Shown: piece by piece, positions 1-14,000 of the stretch
How positions within the stretch are numbered: the stretch's first letter is position 1
Layout: every line of letters starts with the position of its first letter
Source: Oculina patagonica
Lineage: Eukaryota
Direction: 5' to 3'
DNA length: 64,000 bases
Assembly: GCF_052425735.1 (NCBI RefSeq)
Contig: NC_135764.1
Span: forward strand, 12,090,001-12,154,000
Position numbers and translations under genes: made by a program
Notes under the pieces: generated by a model
The model's input: only the letters and a program-made list of their open reading frames with translations
Databases searched by the model: none
Told to the model about the DNA's origin: nothing

Positions 1-215
1 TTTTGACCTGAGTTCGTGTTAAAACGCAGACAAAAGCCATGTCTTACAGACTTTTCTTTCTACTTAATTGGGGTGTAATGCCTGTTGGATTTTGTTCTTT
101 CCCACTTCTCCAATAACAAATATTAAAAATAGAGAAGGGCCCCAAAAAATTAAGCGGATGGGGACGAGAAACATTTTTTTTTTGTATTTGGCCTAATCGA
201 TCACCATGTGAACGG

Positions 216-1280
216 GATTCAACTATGTATATACAAAGGCATAAATTCTCATCCTATACTAGCTTAGCCAGTGTCTATCTTTTGCTGTAACATTCTGTGA
301 AATGGCGTCTGCCGCTTATGACTTTTAATTTTGTAACAGGACAGAATTTTCGAGAATAAGCGATCGAGAACGCTTCTTATATTTCTTCAAAAATATGTTT
401 TTAAGCCGTTAATTGTTGTGCAAAAGTTCGGCTGTTGCATCTCAAAAGCTTCTCGAAGCTTTGGAGGGCCTAACGCTTTCGAAAACCTACAAATTTGAAG
501 TGTTCACGACACTTCAAATTTCGTCCTTGTACCAGGTTGGAATTTAGGAGAGCAGAATATTAAGCGATCGGACCGCAACTTATTTGTTTAAAAATATGAT
601 TTTTTAGCCATTGTTTGTTGTGCCAAACTTTAGCAGTTTCATCTCTTCGGAGGCTTCGGACGGCCTAACGCTTTCGAAAATCGAAAGTCGCGTGTTCACG
701 ACAGCTTTTTGGTGTAAAACAGTATTGCAATGAGAGCTTGTGTTTACAGAAGAGTGTAACCTTAACTTCTACACCTTCGAGATAATTTTCACGAGTTTGA
801 TCTTTCTTACATAAAAACAATTGTGACAGTGTGCGTTAGTGCGTACCGTCTAATTCACTTCATTAAATTGTTACTCAATTACCTTACTGTATTTTCCATG
901 AAATTCATCCTTTCTTCATCAGTAAAACTACTTAAACTGAACGAAATCCAAGCTGAAAATGATTTCTCAGTACTCCGGAAGCCTTTTCCTAGAAATCCTG
1001 TCTTCTCGCGTTGTCACGTGATCTAAAACCGTTTCCCGGAAAGCAATCATTTTACTTCCGTGTCACGACTGGTCACGCCACTGGGAAACCAGCCTCAACA
1101 ATACTTCACGAAGGGCAAAGCGAACGAGGATTTGTACGAAACCATTTAAATTGCATAAATAAAACGTGATCCATAATTATTGCATAAATAAAACGTGATC
1201 CATTATTATTATGTTTTCACTGGCAATATTCACAGATAAGAGTGTTTGTATGACAGTCGAGTATGTTACAATAATCGATC
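216..1280. repeat. ~1-kb upstream module, variant B (second copy at ~32140-33204), with internal ~200-bp tandem repeat
   Basis: Homologous to 30700-31740 and 62775-63750. Internal repeats begin ~330 and ~527. A 29-bp tandem duplication lies at 1150-1207. Confidence 0.85.
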
Positions 1281-2225
1281 ACCATGTAGTCAAATTTCTA
1301 CACACGTTTGTCATGACCAAAAATGATGATATCAGTACCTCATAGACCACTGGTCTACAACATTTTTCTTCCGATCCAAGACTTCCATATCTGCTCGCGG
1401 TGGTCTGCACGCAAGACAAAAATGCGAAAATTGAGACACTTGTCACGCTTGTTATTGAGCCGAGTTTGTATAGCGGAAGAAAGCGCTTTATTTCTAGGAA
1501 TTCTTTTGCAATTTCTGAGAAAACGACTAGCTTGAAAAACAAAACAATCATCATAACAATGATAATGTAACTCTTATTCGGCGGAAATTAACATATGGAT
1601 ACAAGAAATAGAAATACCGTATTTTTTTTATTAAACGCCGGCTTCGTTTAACGCCGGGTCAAAATTGCTAATTTTTAAATAAACGCTGGAGCGTTTATTC
1701 GAGGTCCCGGCGTTTATTTGAGGTCAAGCTAACAAGGAAATATATTCTCTTAAATGGCACTGTTATGTTATACTACACTGCAGTACGGTATGCTGCTTTG
1801 GAAATTTTAATAAACCTTCAAAGGAAAAGTCCAGCGTAACACAGCTAGGATGGACGCTGTAAAACAAAAATAAAACTTAGCAGTGTTTGCCCTCCTGTCT
1901 TCATGACTGACGTATTTGAGAACTAATCTCACAGTCGTTGAAATCGCAAGGACCCCTCCAGCGTTGTTTACAGGTTGGAGGAGGTCCTTTTAAAACGAGG
2001 AGGACGACATTGCCGTTAATGAACTTAAACTTTCTACCCATAACCTTTACTTGCACGCTCCTTTATTGTTCATATACCGTTTGATTGCAACATTAACGTG
2101 TTCAATTCGCAATAATGTAACTTTGGGTAATTATCATTTTTTGGGATCACTCATCGTTTCTGGGAATCGTATGGCTTTAGACTCGATAGAAAACCACTAA
2201 ACACGACATGTGTCCAAAAATTAAC

Positions 2226-2661
2226 CCCCCCCCCGGGGGGGAGGGGGGTACTCGAAAAAGTTTTGTACGGGGAGGCTCCGCCCGGAGATCCAACCCCTTA
2301 GCCTTTTATTTACCATTTTGATAGAAAAGGTACCCCTTTTGTATACCTTTTATTGCAAAAAGGTACCCCTTTCATATACCTACACGACATCACACTTACC
2401 TAAAACGGGAAGTTTTCTTGTCATTTGTATGTAGCGTTTAATAAATTAAGACGATACAGCCAAAAGTTGCGTCTGCTCGAAATATTTATTGTAAAGGCCT
2501 TTTAAATACCATTATGGCAGATTTCCCTACCCTTTCATATACCTAAATTCGTGAAATCCCTACCCTTTTATATACCCGGAGCCTGAAAAAGGTACCCCTT
2601 TCGGGCGGAGCCTCCCCGTATAGGCCATTATAGGGAGTACCCCCCCCCCCCCCTTCCCGGG
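2226..2661. mobile_element. CCCGGG-terminal MITE (copy at ~34150-34582)
   Basis: Termini cccggggg..gggggtact / agtaccccc..cccggg; internal aaaaggtacccctt repeats; approximate 8-bp TSD aaattaac/aaataaac. Confidence 0.7.
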
Positions 2662-2972
2662 AAATAAACGAGTCTCATTGTTTTGGAAAAACGTGTCTCA
2701 TTTTTGAAACGAGACACGTTTCAAAAACGAGACACGAAACGAACACAGCACGAACGAGTCTCGTTTACAAAACGAGTCACAAACTACTGATTTCTTTTTA
2801 TAGACGGGAGAGGGGAGGGGAGGGGGGTTATAGGGGTGAAGAAAATATTCCTTATTCCAAAAATTTGGGGAAGGCAGTTGGGACAAATGAATTTCAGAGC
2901 ACCCTCCTCCCGTATTTCTTACAGCGCTTCCCGCCTTTTTCTCCCGCATTCCGTTCCCATTACCGTCCGTAG

Positions 2973-3087
2973 TAGACTGAGTATCAGGCTTTTCTAAAGA
3001 GGAAGTGAGAAAGGGTAGAAGCGCGAAAGGATCTTCCCTTCCCTACCCTCCCCCTCCTTTCCTTAGGAAGGCCTGATACTCAGGTTA
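2973..3087. mobile_element. Short palindromic MITE
   Basis: Inverted termini tag(a/c)ctgagtatcaggc / gcctgatactcaggtta. Confidence 0.6.
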
Positions 3088-4295
3088 CTTCCGTAGGGAT
3101 TCCTTCCCCTTTTCTCATATCTATTTTACCTGCCCTTCCCTATTCCTAGTATTTTGCTTTTTTCATTTAATTGGCTTTGGATGGAAAGTATAGTAGCAGT
3201 TGTTCTTGCACTTATACGCGCGCTTGGTCGCGCAGAAGAATTGGTCATTAGATCGAGTAATTTTAACCCTAGCGCGCGCCCCAAGCAAGTAACGCCACAC
3301 TCCTCCTTCTGATTGGTTTGTTCCGACTAATGTGCATGCAAGTTGTACTCGACTTTTCTTGTCTTTGTATTGCGTGAATAATTTATATTTGTATTTTTCC
3401 ATTTTGATTTTTATATGACAGGTATATATATATATATATATATTAAGTATATATCATAGGAAATCAGATATTGCCATGTGAGAACATCATTTCAAAAATC
3501 TCAATTTTTAATCCTTTAATAAATAACAATAGTAGCTTGTATCAGGCTAATGATATTTTATCTATTAACAATTTTCGTTATTTAGTGGAATAATTTCAAA
3601 GCTTAACAATAATGTGGCGTCTAATAGGGTGTATTTATTTCACATTTTCAGTAGAACCACTCCAATGCAAGAGCAACAACGAAATGTGTACTATTTTTTG
3701 AAGATCAGTAATGTAATTATCAGATTATTACAATCGCATAAGCAATACTACCTTGCTTATATCATATTGTTTTAAAGTTGAACCTAATTCTTCTCACTTA
3801 AATTGTTTTTAAGGTCTCACGTAAAGATTAGTAAAGTTCTCGTGCCAAATTAGACCCTATTTTAATTCGATTGTATGATGAGTTCAGCTTATGATCACTG
3901 TGAACTTAGGAGTAACAAAACATAACAGGTTCTCCACAAAAAAACAAAAAGTTTGAAAAGGCTGATATGGTATGTCAGGACCTTTTTTTATGCAGCTTAG
4001 ATTTAATTTAGTCAGTTTTATTAATATACCTTGGCAAGTGTGCGTGAGAGATGTGTGGGTAAAAAGGGCTATTAGTATACCGTATACTAAAACGGTGCAC
4101 ATGGATAGCGTTTTTGGCATGCGCCGATTGGCTACCCAAACTTTGAATATCCTTTGTAAGCACCGGTGTATACTAGAATAGTGGATAGCACTTTTGGCAC
4201 GCATTGGAATATCCTTTTCCATTCACCTCAGCAATGAATGCGAGAAAATTGAAATCTTTGAAGGGGAAAAACTAGTCAAAAAAATCACTCTTTCG

Positions 4296-4730
4296 TACAC
4301 GTGCCAACTTTTTCTGGGTCAAAGGTGTGAGATTTTTTTCCTGAGAGTGCCAGGATTTCCGAAGGAGATACGACCATCCCCAAAGATTTCCGAAGCCTTC
4401 CGAAGTATTCCAAAGACGTTCCAAAAGAGTCCTGGTTCCAGTCCCAGGATGGTTTGGCTAAACATGACGTTGTTTTCAATGCATTTCTTGTCAAAACTCT
4501 GAGATTTTCAGAAAAAGTATCGTCATTTACTCATTTTAAACAGAGTTTTCGTTTCTCGCATTGGTTTGAGTTGACATTTTTCTGAAACATGTGTAAGTTA
4601 TAGTTGTAATAACTTACATTTTTCGACTACGCATGAGAAATTGCTTCGTAAGCCTCAGTTGGCATGAGATCATAGTTTTCAACTTGCAGGCGTGAGACTC
4701 ATGCCTAAGGCGTGGGAGTTGGCAGGTATA
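4296..4730. mobile_element. MITE with degenerate (A)TACCTGCCAACT TIRs
   Basis: tacacgtgccaact ... agttggcaggtata; only the right end is retained in unit 2 (~36399-36475). Confidence 0.5.
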
Positions 4731-4874
4731 CTTTCGGGCTATATTTTTCATGGCTCGGTAAATATCCACCACTTGCCACCTCCACTTTGGTGAATAGTCG
4801 TTAATTATTATTCAGCAAATGCATGCACTACCAATATGTGGTCAAAATATTAACATTATCTGGCATCCATAACA

Positions 4875-5172
4875 GGGAGGCACGGTGGCCTAATGGTTAG
4901 CGCGCTCGACTCCGAGTCGAACGGCCCGGGTTCGAGGCCTGGCCGGGGCGCTGCGTTGTGTTCTTGGGAAAGACACTTTACTCTCACAGTGCCTCTCTCC
5001 ACCCAGGTGTATAAATGGGTACCGGCGAATTTACTGCTGGGGGGGTAACCCTGCGATGGACTAGCATCCCATCCAGGGGGGAGTAGCAATACTCCTAGTC
5101 GCTTAATGCTACGGAAACCGGGATAAGCTCCGGCTGTATGGGCCTCATGGCTCGGAGACAGACTTTACCTTA
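4875..5172 (+). mobile_element. tRNA-derived SINE, full length, present in unit 1 only
   Basis: A box TGGCCTAATGG, B box GGTTCGAGGCC, central GTGTTCTTGGGAAAGACACT core, (TTACC) tail, TSD ccataaca at 4867-4874/5173-5180. Empty site at ~36610-36625. Confidence 0.9.
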
Positions 5173-8009
5173 CCATAACAGATATTTACCGGTAATAATC
5201 ATCCTGCGAAATCGTGCCTGCATACATCATCCACATACAGTAAACAAATGGATGACTCATGGATTTCTATACTTTTAATGAATGATTTTTTAAAGGTGCA
5301 ATGCATGACACTTGAAAAAAATGTGAATAAAATGCCATATTGCTTAATTTATTTTAGGTTTATTCTGGTCATGCATTATCAGAGAGGTAGCTCTTGGAGA
5401 ACAAGTCAAGAAGTAACCTAGGAGAAGATTAATTCAAGAATGGTAAGCCAGTAAATTCGAAATAACTGTTTTCATGTATGGAGAAATCAATTGATACAAA
5501 TATCTAAAACACCCAGTCCATCTGAGTAGTTGAATTATTGAAACATCTGGTTTGCCTTGAACTGCTTCTGACCTGTCCTGAAAATAATTCCTGCTCTTTT
5601 TTTACTACTCTTATTTTTAATTTATGTACGGGTAATGCTTGGCTGGGGATTAGTACTAGTAATTCATTTCCAATTCCAATTTGGTAAGCATCCCAGATCT
5701 TCTAAACCCTTGGGAGTTCCTGCAGATTGTTTCCTATGAAGTGAGTAAAAAACTGGGTACAAGATTAGTAATCTTGATGTATAACCAACATCTTACATTT
5801 CAACAATTTGGGCACAACTAGTCTATAACATTATAGTCAGTGATCTAGCAGTCTAGGTTTAATCCCCACCTGCCCTTTATGATATATTAACAGCATTTAC
5901 ATGCGTTATGAAAACTACTTTTATGTACATGTAACAACTCTCAATTTAATTTTCAGCACACTTGTAAAAGAATATATGGTTGAGTGGAAGCCCTTCTGGG
6001 TTGCCAAGGAAGACCTTTCACAAAAATGCAAGTGTGGAATGGAAAAAAAAAAACTAGTAGAATTTTAAGTATGTAAACTGTAGCTTTGTACTTCTGGTTT
6101 GTAAACAGTAATGAACTTGAAGGGAAGTTCCACAAGCTATCCAAAAATATTCATTATTAACTTGTATATGGTGACAGTGAAATCGTAAGGGATATATATA
6201 GTCTTGTTTTATGATTAGTGAGCTTGATGATGACCACTCATCCCTAACATATCCGTGGATGGCCATGAGAACTTTATTTGCAGATGTCACTAGAGTTCAT
6301 ACAGTTTGCAGAGTGTATTGATTGTACATGTATATTACCTCTCTCTTCCTTTGACACACAGTACAAAGATGCAGAGTTTTGATTGAGGGTGGAGGAGGGT
6401 GGATCTGCAGGTTAATGCTAGTTTGTCACACTTAACATTTTGTAATTAACGTTATATCTCAGACCGATTTGCTAGGTCAAAATGCTAACTTTTACATGGG
6501 CTAGCTTTTCACTGGCTAGCTGTAATATCTGCAGGTTTGACAGTGTGTCAGTGGATGAACTAACATTAGTCATGGAATAAATGCATGCAAGTGCTACACA
6601 TGTAGTTAATTGATATATTTTGGTTCATAACATGGACTCAATGTTTAAAGACCATAATGACATGTTGGGAAAACCTTATGGTTGCCCTTAGCAATCAACA
6701 TATTTATAGATAGGATAAGATCAGAAGAGGGGCGGGGTGAATCCCATGCTTAGGCTATAAGGATATTTGCTACTATGAAGGGTAGGGTTTTCAAGCAGTT
6801 AAGTCTAGGATAGGGAAAAACGTCTGAGAGTTTTGGTCTAGAATAGCCTACAATTTCCCAATGAATTGACCAGAGAATAAAAAATCAGTCTACAATAGGA
6901 AAAGAAACTGATAAAATATTGTTTCAGTTAGTGTTAGTGTGAACCATGACAGTGATAAAGTTTTTGAAAAATATTTAGTCTGGGTAAGGGTGGAAAATTT
7001 TGGTCTAGTCTTAATTATGGTTACAAAATCCGGCGGAACTTGGTCTGAAATAGGGTAAGGGCATCAGAGTCTTAGCGGCACTGACCCCCACCTAGGCCAT
7101 TACAGAATGCCCCAACCAGGCAAGCGAGATAGCGAGCATTGGTCGTGCGACGGGTGTGGCCAATGGACCAGTATTGTGTAGAATACTTCTAAAACACTGT
7201 TTTTGTGGGCCAAATGTATACAAAACGTTTGCTTGGAAATGAGCACTTTTTATACCAGTAAGGCTTTTCCCTTTTCCTTATAACATCGCACCGGTAGGCT
7301 AACGTTATTACCTAGATTACAGTTTTTTCACTAGTGACGTTGGCATTAGCACAAATACAAGGATATGTTAGTTATGACATCAGTGACATAAGCATAGGAG
7401 ATATGGGCATAGCATTGTAGCATTGGCTTACTTGGAAGGTGGGGGCCCTAAATTGAGGATTCAAACTTAACGTATTCACGTTTTAAGCCAATTAGCGTAA
7501 AATGGACACTTGGTCTGTGCGCTATCGACATGACATTGTGTCAATATCCGAAGCAAAGATACCTAAAATCCAAGTCGACTTGAAACCTATTAGGACCCAC
7601 ATCTGGCGCTTAGCATTGAGCAATATAGTATCGCTACTCTGTCTGTTTTCTCTTTTTAATGTCACGTGCGCAAATTGTCACTTTCATTGTTAGTACTCTC
7701 CCCAATTTTCTGGGCAGTACAAGTTGATATCAATCTACGTCAAAATTAATGAATGGAAATGAGTTGGGTGAAGAGGAATTTTGAAAGAATGAAATCAGTC
7801 AATTTCCAAAAATGAACTTCTTTTATTCCTACTGGCTTTGATTGTATTAGAACAGATCTTAGTAACAATCCGTTCTAAATGGACAAGCTGCAAATCAAAG
7901 ATATATTATCGCGTCGTGATAAATGCAGCCTTGTTTCCGGGGTGTTACGTGGCATGTTGCGTCAATGCTTCACTTGTGGGTTGTTGCAGGTCTTCTATTC
8001 AGGTCGGAT

Positions 8010-8180
8010 ATGAATTTTGGAATGTTGGTTTTTTAGGAAGTAGGAAAACTGGAGTACCCGGAAAAAATCATCGGAGCGAGGCGAGGACCACCAACAAACC
8101 TAACCCACATATGGCATCGGGTCGGAATCGAACCCTGGCCACATTGGTAGGAGACGAGCGCTCTAACCACTGCTCCATTT
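8010..8180 (-). mobile_element. Degenerate tRNA-derived SINE (copy at ~40715-40885)
   Basis: Minus strand reads ..agtggttagagcgctcgtc.. and GGTTCGATTCC (B box), followed by a GGTACTCC(A)GTTTTCC core typical of V/Meta-type SINEs. Confidence 0.7.
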
Positions 8181-11051
8181 CCACTCTCCCTGCTCCTTAT
8201 TCGGTGTGTGCTGTATATATAGCCTTGCTTTCATTTATATTTATTCAAGTAATACAACTCCGTTAGGTTGACAGCAACGACTGTTGGTTGAAACAATTTG
8301 TCTGTTGTGGGATGCAAAAGAGGCGTCAGAGTGAGTGATAACATTCAATCTTTATTTACCTAATTTCTGTCATTACAGTGGTCATTAACTACAATTGTAC
8401 GGTTAACAAGACAGTTTGAGTAGACACAACGTTTTTCTTATCCACTCCTACTAGCTAAATGCAGAACTTTAACTGCTGAGCTGACCAGTTGGCAAGATCG
8501 ACATCACGTATCAGTGTTCTAGAGCAATTTCCTGCTTGGAATGGGTAAGTTAATCTCAATTCTTTCCCACAAATTAAACTTATGGTGAAACTTTAACTAA
8601 AACTATAACTACATTTGGATTTGGATTTGTCTTCGTGGCATGCCTGGAAATTATCTGGCGCGTTTTATAAAAAACATAGCTAAGCACGTGCTTGTACGTT
8701 TCATGAAGTAATGAGTTACTTCAAAAAGTCTAAGCGATCCGACTTTGTTTTGTTTTTATTTTATGTCATTTTTCGCTATTCACGTAATGCGGCTGCCAGT
8801 AACGTGGGGAAAGAGCCAGAAAAAAAAATATATTATGAAAACGACATTGATTTGCCCAGCTATAATATAACGAATTTAAAGCACCCCTTAAATTTCTGAT
8901 AAAGCAAGGGCAACATAAGCATATAGAAAAAAATGTAAACAGAGAAAACCAACTTACTTTACCATAATCAACTAATCTTTTACTCAGCAATACAAAATTT
9001 AAATATATTTAGGGGCCTATATTAACTAAGGAATAAACTGAAATTCATTCTGCACTTTGAAATCTAAGCTATAGTTCATCGTGATTGCTAGTTTGATTAT
9101 TTTGTTACTTAAGTTGGTTATTTTGAACATACCAGAAACTTCTTTTATCTAAACGTAACTTAGAAGCTCAGTATTTTTTTGTTATCTACTAGTCCTTCAC
9201 CTCATGCAAACTTCACAAAAAGAAAATAGGAAAAAACCTATACGCAACGCTGCAGATTGTTGTTCAGCTAGGCCATTTTGTCAAGAATGGTATTCAAAAT
9301 GCTACAAAGTTCATTACGTTGTAGATTCGCTGCATATCTTAACATATCTAAATCATTTACGATTCTAGTCTACAATAAATGTAACTTCATTCATCATTCA
9401 TTTATTGCTTTCAATCGCATTAATAGCTAGAATAAACCTCGACTAGGAAGACATCTTTGAGTGCATATCATGATGCCATTATTGTCTCTCGCGGTATGGC
9501 AATCCAGGGAACGTTTCCTAAAAACAAATGTGAAGAGTCCATTTAATGCTTTAGATGGAAATCTTTGCAAAAAAAGAATAAAAAACCTTTGTTATTCGCA
9601 TCTTGTTAGAAGTCTGTAAATCTAGGCTTAAGATACTTCATCAACGTGTAACATTGTGGACGGAGATTTCATCATTGCAGTTCGGATGGCAAAATTCGGC
9701 AAGAGATGTATCCATCAGCTAATTTTATTTTAAAATTTATAAGACCTAATTTTCACTGTAGAGCCAGGACGGAAATCAGTGAAGTGGGAGGAACGTTTAC
9801 GGGAAGCGAGAAAAGAGAGGGCGAGAAGCGGTTTTTCCAGGATGGTGGAAACTGGGAGAAAAAGAAAAAATCATAATATTGCATAATATTTTAAAATGAA
9901 CAAGCACAACTAGGCGGGATCCAATTAAGAAGGGGCTGACATGGGGTTTAAAAAGTACGAAGTGGAAAGTTGAGATCCTCCCCACCTCGCCGCCGTCATC
10001 TGAGGAAGCAGCAACATTTTTTAGTTTAGACAATGGAAACTGATTGTGCGGAATTGCTTGTAATACCCTACCTACAACTCGTTATTAAAACTATTACTGT
10101 AATTATCCATTTCGGATCCCTTACACATGAACACCGTTTGCACACAGTGTCAATTGTACCTGTACGCTACGGTCTGATTTACTAATAAAAGCAATTTCCA
10201 GTAATTTTATTGGTCTTCAAAGAACTAAACAAGTACATTTGGAAGCTTTTCCTTACAACTTGTTTTCTCTGGCCTTAGCTGGCAACATGATTTTTGTCAG
10301 TTTTAATTGGCTTGAGAGGAAGAGAGAGAAAAACGAACACAATGAGTCTCAACAAACAACTGTATCTTTTTTGTCTCCCTCTATAGGAAGCGCAATTTAT
10401 TGTTGAAGTACGTACCTTATCTAACTCTGCTTCTGACTTTTTCTAGGATCATCGTGGCTAATTCCAATGCATTGCGGGCCATTTCTCGCGAGTAAACGTC
10501 GTTTGGAATCTGAGGAAAACAAACTTGGTCGGGGTAGCGCATGCGCGTTGAATCGCCCACGCGAGCCTCAAGTTGGCTTGATAACGTGGTCAACTGAGAG
10601 TCGTCCAATGTCAGGGCGTTTTGGACTAAGTTGTGAACATTGGTCTTGTAAGCGTCTACAGAATATTGGGCAGCCTTCAATGCTTTCTCTGCAGCCTGCA
10701 AATCAAACGCCGCTCTCGTTACAAAACCATTCACTTAGAATGAAATGCTTGTATTTCCTACCTTGAAAAACACGATTTTATTCACAGTTCTATTACAGGT
10801 TTGACCAACTGCTACCTGACTGGAAGCTGCACTACGGAGCTACAGGAGACTCGTTGATACTACGTGGTATAACAAACAAGGTTCAAATTTGATAAACCCG
10901 GAATAGAATATCTGTTAATTTCTTTTTTCTAGTACAGTCATACCGGTCTAAGTATTGATTTATTTATGGAAATTTTATTTCATCCCTTGTCTGAATTATA
11001 GTGAAATATTGAAACCGAGTTACACGATGATCTTTTATGTAATATCCTTAC

Positions 11052-14000
11052 CTGGTGGCATTTAAAGCAGGCCCACTCGTAAGACGTTTTCTCAGTACCA
11101 ATGTCGTTTTCAGCAGCCGCCAGGTCGGCCTCAGCTTGTCGAAACCAGCGTCGTGCCTCTCGTGGTTGGGGATTGGTGGTACAGAAGCTTGGGGGAACTT
11201 CCCATGAACGTGTTCTGGACGTTTGTGAACGTGTACTGTGGCCAGTTGACCCATAGTGTTGAACGACGCTGTCTCGGTACTCTCGGCGCTGTGATTTGTA
11301 CCGCCTTACACGCGCTTCCCAGAAACAATAGAAGACACAATAGGACACCCCGTAGTTCTGCAATGTTTCTCTTTCCAGTCGTTCAATTTCATTCTTTAAG
11401 TGTTGAAACACTTGTGTGCAGAACGCCTCGTTTCCTGGGTTCATGTCGGGATGCCACCGTAGAAACAGTCGCTTGATAATTTGTCTTCCTCTGTCTTCCG
11501 GTAGCTTCCAAGCTTCTTCAAGCATTCTTGTAATTTCCTCGAAAATCTTCTGTTTATCCGTCGTGGAGTGAAGCTCTCTTGCATGTCAGACAGTACAACT
11601 TCACCTGATGTTACCTCTTGAAAGCGGTAAAATTTGTACAGGTCGGTAACATGGACAATTTTCGGTTCCTTGTCGTCTCCAATGTTGATCTTGTAGGACT
11701 TCGCAAAGACACTGACACTGTCATTCGGTACTTCTTCGATTATCACGGCGTAGATGTAGGTGGCATCTCCTTCTTGCAGTTCCAAACTTGGATCGTCTAA
11801 CTCGTATCCAACGTATTCTCCGGGAGTTAACACTTCGAATGCCGGATTTAGAAGGTTATGCATTGCAATAGGGATGAAACTACCCGGCGGCGGGATGACC
11901 TCTCCTTCTTCCGCATCATAGGGGTCGTCTTGCCGAATCTTCATTCTATCCAGTAAGGAACATATCTTGCCAGTTTGGCTGAGGAGCATGGCGGGAATGT
12001 ACATAGTTGCTTCTCGCAGCAGTCCTCGACACACCCCCGCAATCACTTGTGTTAACGTTAAGGCTACCGTAGACATGGTTTCTTCCGCGTCCTGGACTGC
12101 GTTAACATATACTCTCCAAATCTCTCCACCGGACTCTGAAACGTTCTCCAAAAAGTATGGTACTTCGAGTTCACTCCCTCGAATCACGATCCCATTATGA
12201 ACCAGATGAGTGACAATTTTACTCATTCCAAGGAAGTCGATACTTTGTAAACTGCTTCTCACAGTAGCGATCACACTTTCGTCTAGCCCACCACCTTGAT
12301 TGGCGTGACGAATGAGTCTGACAATTCCACGGTAGAATTGTTCCGAGTGCAGCTGCTTCTTCAGTGCGCTAGCAGCACCAAAATCAAAACGCTCGGCATT
12401 GTCTTCAGAATCCGCGAATTTTTCTTCGATTACAGAAGACATCATCTGAGGCCGGACAGCTGTGGGAAGAAGCATGATTAAGTCCTGGAAATTTGCACCG
12501 GATTTGCAGCAGACATCGGCCCTCTTTAGACTCACAACAAAAGGAAGGTTGAAGTCCTGAATACGATCCTTGTACTGCGGAGCGTCATTGAAGATAAGCT
12601 CGGTGGCCTTCCTTAACACGACGGGTTGTACATTGTCATCCGGACTGCTACTGAATGGAGATGTGGCTGGTAGGTACAAGGTAGATATATCCCACGTTGC
12701 GGCGGGAGTGTGTTGCAAGGTTTCGAGAAGACCTTTAACCGCTCTCAAAGCACTGTCAACTTCATTTGGATGCAATTGGTTTGCCTTGCACCGTCCGTGT
12801 AACATGTCTAGGACCATGGCATAGTGTGAAGGTGTGACAGAAGGGGAACAGCCCAGGTATTTAAATAGTGTCGTAAACTCACTGAGCTCGGCAGGCATTC
12901 TGTAAAGAAACGGCTTGATCTCAAGGTTCTCGTTCAATTCAATTACTACCTGTTTAGCATAAGCAAAACGTCTACCTTCCTCGACCAAAAGGCAAGGCGT
13001 ATGCTCAAGTCTGTCCTTTCTGAATGTGTTTGATCTGGCTTTTCCTTGAAGAAACCTGTAGATATTCCTCATCACTGACATCCTCGTGTCTTTCTGAAAA
13101 GGCGTCACATCGATCTCCAAATGACAGGATAAATTTTGGCAGTGAAGAGCAACCAGTTCCACAGTTGGCGTTCTAAAAACCTGAAGTTGGGTGAGAATAG
13201 AATCGCAGTAACCACTTTTATTTATACTTTCTGGAAGTTTCATCAGGTACTGATAATTCTCTGGATGTGCCCAATGTGGAAGGATACCTGCAGTCGTCCA
13301 AACAATCTCAGTGTGTTCTGCTACCACAGAGCGTTTGAATGCAATGTATGGAGTATTGTCATCACGTCCTTCACCAAACTGTGGATAGAGGGCTTGAAGT
13401 TCTTGGTTTACAGGATTAGTGGCAACAAAGCGGATATCAGAAACGGCTTGTAGAAGCTCTTCTTCCAAAACATTTTCTCGAAGAAAAAGGTGCTTCACAA
13501 GTTCTTTAGACTTTTCGTCAGTTTTCTTATTCCGTTGTGTTGCGCCCTCACGTGCAACTTCCGTAGCAAACTTCTTGAAAAGATCTGGGGAAACTTCACA
13601 GATAAGCCCGATTTTTTTCAAAAATGACAGCCATTCGTGTGTCTTCAAAGATTCTGGAGGAAACATCTCTTCAGAAAGCATTATTTTGAAAACCTCATTG
13701 TGGGGATCGTAGTAGGAAGATGCTCTCTTTAAAGTCCCATCATTGGAGGTAACAATCGCTGCGTTTCTCAAACAAGCCAACAGCTTCTGTTTGTCGTCAC
13801 TGTCGTCGGTTGATAGTTTTGCTAAAATAGATGCACGGATGTGTGTTAGATGAGCCAGCCTTGCTTCTGCGCTAAAAGTGCTAAAGTATTCCAAAATGAA
13901 ATTACAATACATGTCGACGGCCGAGACACATTTGAATCCCAGAAATTCGAACAACGGAGATAGTCGTGACAAGCCTTCCAAAAACACTACATGTAGTCGA

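Noticed and set aside
1615-1790. taccgta...tacggta possible pogo-type MITE
   Set aside because: Terminal match is only ~7 bp and there is no empty site to confirm boundaries.
4875-4950. tRNA-like sequence
   Set aside because: It is the head of a SINE (body, tail and TSD present), not a tRNA gene.
7838-8266. 142-aa ORF identical in both units
   Set aside because: Overlaps an antisense SINE remnant; identity reflects the recent duplication.
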